This document shows, piece after piece, positions 59,131 through 64,000 of a stretch of 64,000 nt of DNA. Made by a program: the position numbers and the translations under genes. Within the stretch, counting starts at the first letter, position 1, and the number at the start of each line of letters is the position of its first letter. The DNA is taken from contig CAVVOI010000009.1 of assembly GCA_963749825.1 (NCBI GenBank), positions 569,362 through 633,361 of the forward strand, in the 5' to 3' direction. Source of the DNA: an uncultured Chloroflexia bacterium. Lineage in GTDB: Bacteria; Chloroflexota; Anaerolineae; Promineifilales; Promineifilaceae. Below the pieces are notes generated by a model. It was not told where the DNA came from. It did not search any database and saw only the letters and a program-made list of their open reading frames with translations.

Positions 59131-59997
59131 CTAAAGGCCGGGAAAACCTGTTAATGTTCCGGTGATATTGAAGCGCAGGAAACTGATGAATGCGATCTGT
59201 AACAGTGCCAGGCACAAGCCGATGGACAATGGCAGGATAGCCTCACGCCAGTTGGAAGCCTGGGCATCGCGCCTGGATAGGATTAACAGAGCTGTTCCAT
59301 TGATGGCCGTTAATACTAAAATCACGCCGGCCGCGCTTACCAGGCCCAACACGTATAGAACTGTCGGTTGGTTACTGAGAACTAAAGCTACTGCCAGCAA
59401 GGCTAGGAGACAGATGGCTGCTAATTCACGCAAGTTGCCTACAGGGGCCCGTAATTCCTGATGTCGCCAGAGGGATTGGGCAACGGCCGGGAATAGTATA
59501 ATGCCCATGGTTAAGCCAGCACCCATGCCGGTGATTAGTCGGAGCCAATTTCGAGGTTCATAAGCATGGGGTAAATTAGGGAAAAAATGACTGTAGGAGT
59601 TGATGCCATCAATGGCCATGAATCCAATTAGGGCAATAAGAACCAGCATGACCCGCAGCGGTGGCAGCATGGACCACCGGCGTCGGCCGGCCAGGCCCAA
59701 AACAACAAATGTTAAGGCCACTCCAAGATACATGCCGGTGCAACGAACACAGAGCGGTAGCTGGCGTCCTGCAATTGAAAATGAACGTTCAGTTATTCGG
59801 TGGCAAACAGCGTAGCCCACATAATCGGCGCCATCTAATACTTGATTGTGTTCCAGGCGTGAAATATCCGTGACCGAATAGAAACCCAGTATCAATAGGG
59901 CAAGTAAAACTATTAGCAATAACACTGCTCTATGTGAAAATGGTCTCGACAAACCTCGATAAACTGTCTCCGACATCTGACCTGAATTCCTTTGCAT
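59131..59997 (-). CDS. DUF2085-family membrane protein
   Basis: The CHRITERSFSIAGRQLPLCVRCTGMYLG motif (CHR...ERSF......P.C.RCTG.Y.G) is characteristic of DUF2085. ~7 TM helices. Confidence 0.6.
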   Translation of the reverse strand: MQRNSGQMSETVYRGLSRPFSHRAVLLLIVLLALLILGFYSVTDISRLEHNQVLDGADYVGYAVCHRITERSFSIAGRQLPLCVRCTGMYLGVALTFVVLGLAGRRRWSMLPPLRVMLVLIALIGFMAIDGINSYSHFFPNLPHAYEPRNWLRLITGMGAGLTMGIILFPAVAQSLWRHQELRAPVGNLRELAAICLLALLAVALVLSNQPTVLYVLGLVSAAGVILVLTAINGTALLILSRRDAQASNWREAILPLSIGLCLALLQIAFISFLRFNITGTLTGFPGL

Positions 59998-60192
59998 GCA
60001 GTTAGGCTAGGGCCACGACCGTCATAACCAGCGTAACAATAGCATACATCAATGTAATTACCAGGTAAACGTTGGCCAATTGATCCATCAAAATTTGGCC
60101 AAATCGACAGTGGTATGAAAGTGAATTGGCCGATTGGAAACGAATTCATTGGCTGCTTTCTTACCACGAGAAATGTCTTTTAAGGCAGGCTA

Positions 60193-61678
60193 GGGAGCAC
60201 GAAAATGTTGTAAGTGGATAGGAGAAACAAAAATGAGCCAACAGGTGTAAGATAGATGAAGGAACAAAAACCTTAGCACCTGGAGGCTCAAGATGGATTC
60301 TAACATAGAGTTGAGTTCTGAATTAGTGGAAAAGATAGGTAGACTACTGGCTGAAAACATCAAGGAGTATGTGGAGCAGGCCGAGCAGTGTGATATTGGA
60401 CAGATAGAACAGCAAATGCGACAAGTGCTTCAAAAGGTTGGTGCCCAAAGTCTAGCCACTAGCCTGAGCACCCTGGACGAATCCTATGCTCAAACAGAAC
60501 CATGCATCTGCGGGGGCGAGGCCGAATACATCAGCCATCGCCCAGCCAAGACGATGACAGTGTTCGGGTGGGTGACGTATCGTCGGGCCTACTATCTATG
60601 TTCGGCCTGTCATCAAGGGCAAAGTCCCTTGGATAAACGCTTGGGATTACAGCCTGGACAGATAAGTTCCGGTTTAGCTCCCTTGCTGGCTCTATTGGGC
60701 ATTCAAGTTTCCTTTGATGAGGCCAGTCGTCTGGCACAACAACTATTGTTGGTCGAGGTAAGCGATAACAGTATTTTGAAAGAGACCCACACTATGGGTC
60801 AACAACAAGAAAAGATAGATGCAGAATGGCAAGAACAGAGCATCGACCAAGGCTATCTATATGATCCAGTTCGCCGGAAATCGCCGAGTCCTGCACGCCT
60901 GTACGGCTCCATCGACGGAGTACTGACACCTATCGGCGAGGAATGGCGAGAACTTAAAGTTGGGTGTTGGTACGAGGTAGAGCCATTTCCAGAACGACAA
61001 TGGTCTTCTCGATACAAGACCAGGGTAGGTCAGTTAGAAACATTGACAGCCAAGAATATCACCTATTATTGCGATATTGCTCCAGCCGGAGATTTCACAC
61101 AGCTTGTCTGGGCAACTGGCTGTCAAAGGCTGGCCGATCAAGCGACTGAAATTGTCTTTGTAGCCGATGGCGCCAAGTGGATCTGGAATCTGGTTGAAGC
61201 CAACTTTCCCAAGGCCCGCCAAATCGTTGACTGGTTTCACGCTGTTGAATATCTGACCCCGGTGGCCACAGCCGCCTTCACGGACCCCGATGAAGCTGAC
61301 CGTTGGCGTATGGCCATGTGTGATAAGTTGTGGAACAGTCAAATCCAAGAAGTCATTGAAGCTTGCGTGACCTTGGAAACCCATCCCCGAGCGGGAGATG
61401 CGGCTTACCAGGCTGCAACCTACTACCATAACAACCAACATCGCATGGACTATGCTTGCTATCGTCGAGAGGGCTATCTTATTGGAAGTGGCACTGTCGA
61501 GAGCGGCTGCAAGCAAATCGGCACCATGCGCCTGAAACGGTCAGGAGCGCGTTGGACTCTGGCTGGGGCACGTAAAACGGCCAAGGCCCGTGCGGCCTGG
61601 CTTAGTGATCAGTGGGATTCTCTCGCGGCTCGTCGGAGACAGCTTCCTTTGGCTGTCTAACAAATCTTTCGTGCTCCC
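60193..61678 (+). mobile_element. Complete IS element (1486 bp), ISKra4-like. It has 12-bp perfect terminal inverted repeats GGGAGCACGAAA / TTTCGTGCTCCC and is flanked by a 9-bp direct target duplication GGCAGGCTA (60184-60192 and 61679-61687).
   Basis: IRs and TSD read directly from the sequence. A single transposase ORF fills the element. Confidence 0.8.
60293..61660 (+). CDS. DDE transposase, ISKra4-like family (455 aa)
   Basis: The C-terminal pattern ...YYHNNQHRMDYACYRREGYLIGSGTVESGCKQIGTMRLKRSGARWTLAGARKTAKARAAWLSDQW is characteristic of ISKra4-type transposases, plus a zinc-ribbon-like CICGG...CSAC. The family assignment is tentative. Confidence 0.65.
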   Translation: MDSNIELSSELVEKIGRLLAENIKEYVEQAEQCDIGQIEQQMRQVLQKVGAQSLATSLSTLDESYAQTEPCICGGEAEYISHRPAKTMTVFGWVTYRRAYYLCSACHQGQSPLDKRLGLQPGQISSGLAPLLALLGIQVSFDEASRLAQQLLLVEVSDNSILKETHTMGQQQEKIDAEWQEQSIDQGYLYDPVRRKSPSPARLYGSIDGVLTPIGEEWRELKVGCWYEVEPFPERQWSSRYKTRVGQLETLTAKNITYYCDIAPAGDFTQLVWATGCQRLADQATEIVFVADGAKWIWNLVEANFPKARQIVDWFHAVEYLTPVATAAFTDPDEADRWRMAMCDKLWNSQIQEVIEACVTLETHPRAGDAAYQAATYYHNNQHRMDYACYRREGYLIGSGTVESGCKQIGTMRLKRSGARWTLAGARKTAKARAAWLSDQWDSLAARRRQLPLAV

Positions 61679-61694
61679 GGCAGGCTACCAATGC

Positions 61695-61723
61695 TTGACG
61701 TGGATAGAACCAAATGTTACTAT
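61695..61723 (+). promoter_or_regulatory. rnpB promoter: TTGACG (61695-61700), 17-bp spacer, TACTAT (61718-61723); transcription start near 61730
   Basis: Near-consensus hexamers, exact spacing, placed 7 nt before the P1 helix start. It lies only 8 bp from the IS target duplication. Confidence 0.6.
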
Positions 61724-61729
61724 CGTGCG

Positions 61730-62118
61730 GTCAAGTTGGCCGGGCGATCGCGTCTTGCGTTTGCAGGTCGAGGAAAGTCCGCACTCCATAGAGCTCGGTG
61801 CCGGCTAACGGCCGGGCGGGGTGACCCGATGGAAAGTGCAACAGAGAGGTGCATTGCCGGCCACGATAGTGGTTGGCGAGGGTGAAACGGTGGTGTAAGA
61901 GACCACCAGCAATGGTAGTAATGCCATTGGCTCGGCAAACCCCACCGGGAGCAAGGTCAAGCAGGATGAAAAGTTGTGTTAGTCACAGCTTGCGGAGTTG
62001 CTCGCTCCGCCTGACATCCGGGTGGACTGCGTGAGCGTGTTAGTAATAGCGCGCCTAGATAGATGATCGCTGCCCGTATAAAAGCGGGTACAGAATGCGG
62101 CTTATAAGCCAACTTGAC
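61730..62118 (+). ncRNA. rnpB: RNase P RNA, bacterial type A
   Basis: P1 helix GTCAAGTTGGC / GCCAACTTGAC. Conserved blocks GAGGAAAGTCCG, AGTGCAACAGAGAG, GCAAACCCCACCGGGAGCAAGGTCAAG, ACAGAATGCGGCTTA. ~389 nt. Confidence 0.9.
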
Positions 62119-62351
62119 TTTTGGTTTTGCAGATTCTTGTATCGTGCAATATTAGAATATGAGCTTCTAATGGTTCAATCGACAATCGGAGGAAAGGCGT
62201 CTGATTGGAGAATTGCTCCTGAATAATTATGAACAACCGTTTGAATCAAAATAATCGAAATAGTAATCTCCGGAGAATCGCTGAATCGTTTTTCCACGCC
62301 TTCCGGTTCTCTAGTCAGCCACCCACCTTTTAATCGTAACAGAGATTTATT

Positions 62352-62819
62352 ATGAGTGTACAGGTTGTATTCGTATGCTTGGGCAACATTTGTCGCTCGC
62401 CAATGGCCGAAGCGATTTTTCAGCATCTGGTAGATGAGGCCGGTTTATCAGATCAAATTCAAGTTGATTCGGCCGGTACAAGTTCCTGGCATCTTGGCGA
62501 ACGGGCGCATCCTGGCACGCGACGCGTCTTGTCACAACATGGCATATCATATGACGGCCGGGCGCGTCGAGTTCGTTCCGGTGATTTCTCTGATCCATCA
62601 ACCTACGTGATTGCTATGGACTGGAACAATGAGGCTGATTTACGTGACCGATTTGGTGATCACCCTCGATTGTATCGGTTGCTTGATTTTTCGCCGGATT
62701 CACCCGTGCAAGATGTACCTGACCCGTACTATAATGGAAACTTTGAGCGAGTTTACAGCCTGGTCGAAGAGGGATGTCAGGGGTTACTCGTTGCCATTAG
62801 AAAACAAGAAAGAATCTGA
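62352..62819 (+). CDS. Low-molecular-weight protein-tyrosine phosphatase
   Basis: Active-site loop VCLGNICRSPMAEA (CX5R) and C-terminal DPYY. Confidence 0.8.
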   Translation: MSVQVVFVCLGNICRSPMAEAIFQHLVDEAGLSDQIQVDSAGTSSWHLGERAHPGTRRVLSQHGISYDGRARRVRSGDFSDPSTYVIAMDWNNEADLRDRFGDHPRLYRLLDFSPDSPVQDVPDPYYNGNFERVYSLVEEGCQGLLVAIRKQERI

Positions 62820-62876
62820 GGCAATTTCGAAACGACCTAAAGGTGAGATTCGAAATGGCTACCAGAGGAGAGGAAC

Positions 62877-64000
62877 ATGGAGAGAGAGATAATCGTTGTC
62901 GGCGCCGGCCCTAGCGGCTCGGTAACTGCCACGGCCTTAACCAAAAAAGGGCACGATGTTTTACTTCTTGATCGACAACAGTTTCCGCGCGATAAGACGT
63001 GCGGCGACGGTATTCCGGCAGGCGCTATAGAAATTCTTTATTCCTTAGGTATGGAGGAAAGAATTAGGGACGCTCGCTTTTACCCGGTCACACGCATTTT
63101 ACTCAGTTCACCTCGCGGTTATGTGATGGAGGCTGACCTAAAACCCGGGATAACGGGTGCTGATTCTTGCGTCGTGCCCCGAATGGAGTTTGATGCCCAA
63201 ATTCAGCAGCACGCCGTGGACTCTGGCGTGGAATTCTGCCAGGCTCAAGTTAAAGAACCCATAATTGAGGACGAAAAGGTAGTTGGCGTTCGGGCCAGTT
63301 TAAACGGCAAAGTTCAAGATATTCGAGCTCAAGTTGTCGTGGCTGCAGACGGCGTCACCTCGGTTGTTGCCAGAGCCCTAAGAGACGATAAACAGGAAGA
63401 TAACCACCGGGCCGTAGCTTTACGTACCTATATCACTGATATTGAAGAGAAGCCTAACGAGGTTGAATTTTATCTATACAACGAGATATTACCCGGATAT
63501 GCCTGGATTTTTCCCTATGGAGAAGGTAAGGCTAATCTTGGTTTAGGTATGCGATTGGATAAGTTTCGTGAGATCGAAAAGAGCCTGGAAGACATGGTCG
63601 GCATCTTCCTAGAAATGCCAGAAATCAAAAAAAGAATTAAGCGGGGTGGAGAACTCAACGAAACGGCTATTTGGCAACTGAATTTTGGTTCTCAGCCGAT
63701 TAAGAAGGCATATAATGGCGCTTTACTGGTGGGCGATGCCGCGGGCCTCATAAATCCCTTAACCGGTGGCGGTATTCATAATGGCCTTCAATCAGCGATC
63801 CTGGCATCCGATGTTATTGATGTAGCACTGAACAAAAAAGATACTTCATTGAAGCAGCTGGCTGTCTATGATGATTTGATAGACCAAAATATGAAGGCAA
63901 ATATGCGAAAGTCCTACTTCATTCAGCGAAGTTTAATGCTGATCCCGCTCTGGGTTGATTATCTTGTCAGATGGGGTGGCTCAAACAGTGACGTCGCAAA
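62877..64000 (+). CDS. Partial CDS (3' end outside the window): geranylgeranyl reductase family / FAD-dependent oxidoreductase
   Basis: MEREIIVVGAGPSGSVTATAL FAD-binding motif and the typical ...RDKTCGDGIPAG... block. RBS AGGAGAGGAA. There is no stop before the window end. Confidence 0.7.
   Translation, partial: MEREIIVVGAGPSGSVTATALTKKGHDVLLLDRQQFPRDKTCGDGIPAGAIEILYSLGMEERIRDARFYPVTRILLSSPRGYVMEADLKPGITGADSCVVPRMEFDAQIQQHAVDSGVEFCQAQVKEPIIEDEKVVGVRASLNGKVQDIRAQVVVAADGVTSVVARALRDDKQEDNHRAVALRTYITDIEEKPNEVEFYLYNEILPGYAWIFPYGEGKANLGLGMRLDKFREIEKSLEDMVGIFLEMPEIKKRIKRGGELNETAIWQLNFGSQPIKKAYNGALLVGDAAGLINPLTGGGIHNGLQSAILASDVIDVALNKKDTSLKQLAVYDDLIDQNMKANMRKSYFIQRSLMLIPLWVDYLVRWGGSNSDVA

Noticed and set aside
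61590-61938. ORFs 61590-61808, 61691-61885 and 61720-61938 overlapping the IS end and rnpB
   Set aside because: They overlap the RNase P RNA gene and its promoter. No RBS. The region is explained by the ncRNA.

Overview
This is a 64 kb window of chromosomal DNA, mostly housekeeping genes, with a few accessory patches. Judging by eye from base composition and gene content it is probably from a Chloroflexota-like bacterium; that is a guess, not a result.

Housekeeping content I can support from the sequence:
- a secreted tandem-duplicated 5'-nucleotidase
- thrC, lpd, and tRNA-Val(GAC)
- pepA, an ornithine aminotransferase, uppP and tgt
- a SAM-I riboswitch in front of a metB-like/lysC operon
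- tmRNA (ssrA)
- uvrB behind a LexA-type SOS box
- a two-subunit aconitase X
- RNase P RNA (rnpB)
- an LMW tyrosine phosphatase and a partial geranylgeranyl-reductase-like gene

Accessory or unusual content:
- (a) A ~690 bp direct repeat of the comM/yifB 3' end, about 92% identical at the nucleotide level, brackets a ~4.9 kb segment. That segment carries a MacB/FtsX-type ABC exporter and a chimeric pseudogene (glycosyltransferase N-terminus fused to a comM C-terminal fragment).
- (b) A complete ISKra4-like IS element with perfect 12-bp terminal inverted repeats and a 9-bp target duplication sits about 50 bp upstream of rnpB.
- (c) A standalone SIR2_2-like (candidate NADase) gene lies between uvrB and the aconitase X genes.
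- (d) A Ser/Thr-kinase-NB-ARC-TPR STAND protein.
- (e) An AT-rich patch holds an ISAs1-family transposase remnant and a large GT-C-like membrane protein.
- (f) A cluster of small secreted or membrane proteins is separated by three copies of a ~32-bp REP-like palindrome.
- (g) A dynamin-like GTPase is flanked by membrane proteins.
- (h) Two adjacent SPFH/band-7 genes.
- (i) Three single-base (+1) frameshifts interrupt otherwise conserved genes, two in uvrB and one in an SPFH gene. These are either real pseudogenisation or systematic sequencing indels.

I saw no CRISPR array, no reverse transcriptase and no obvious prophage. I worked only from the sequence, my own translations and motif recall; I ran no database searches.
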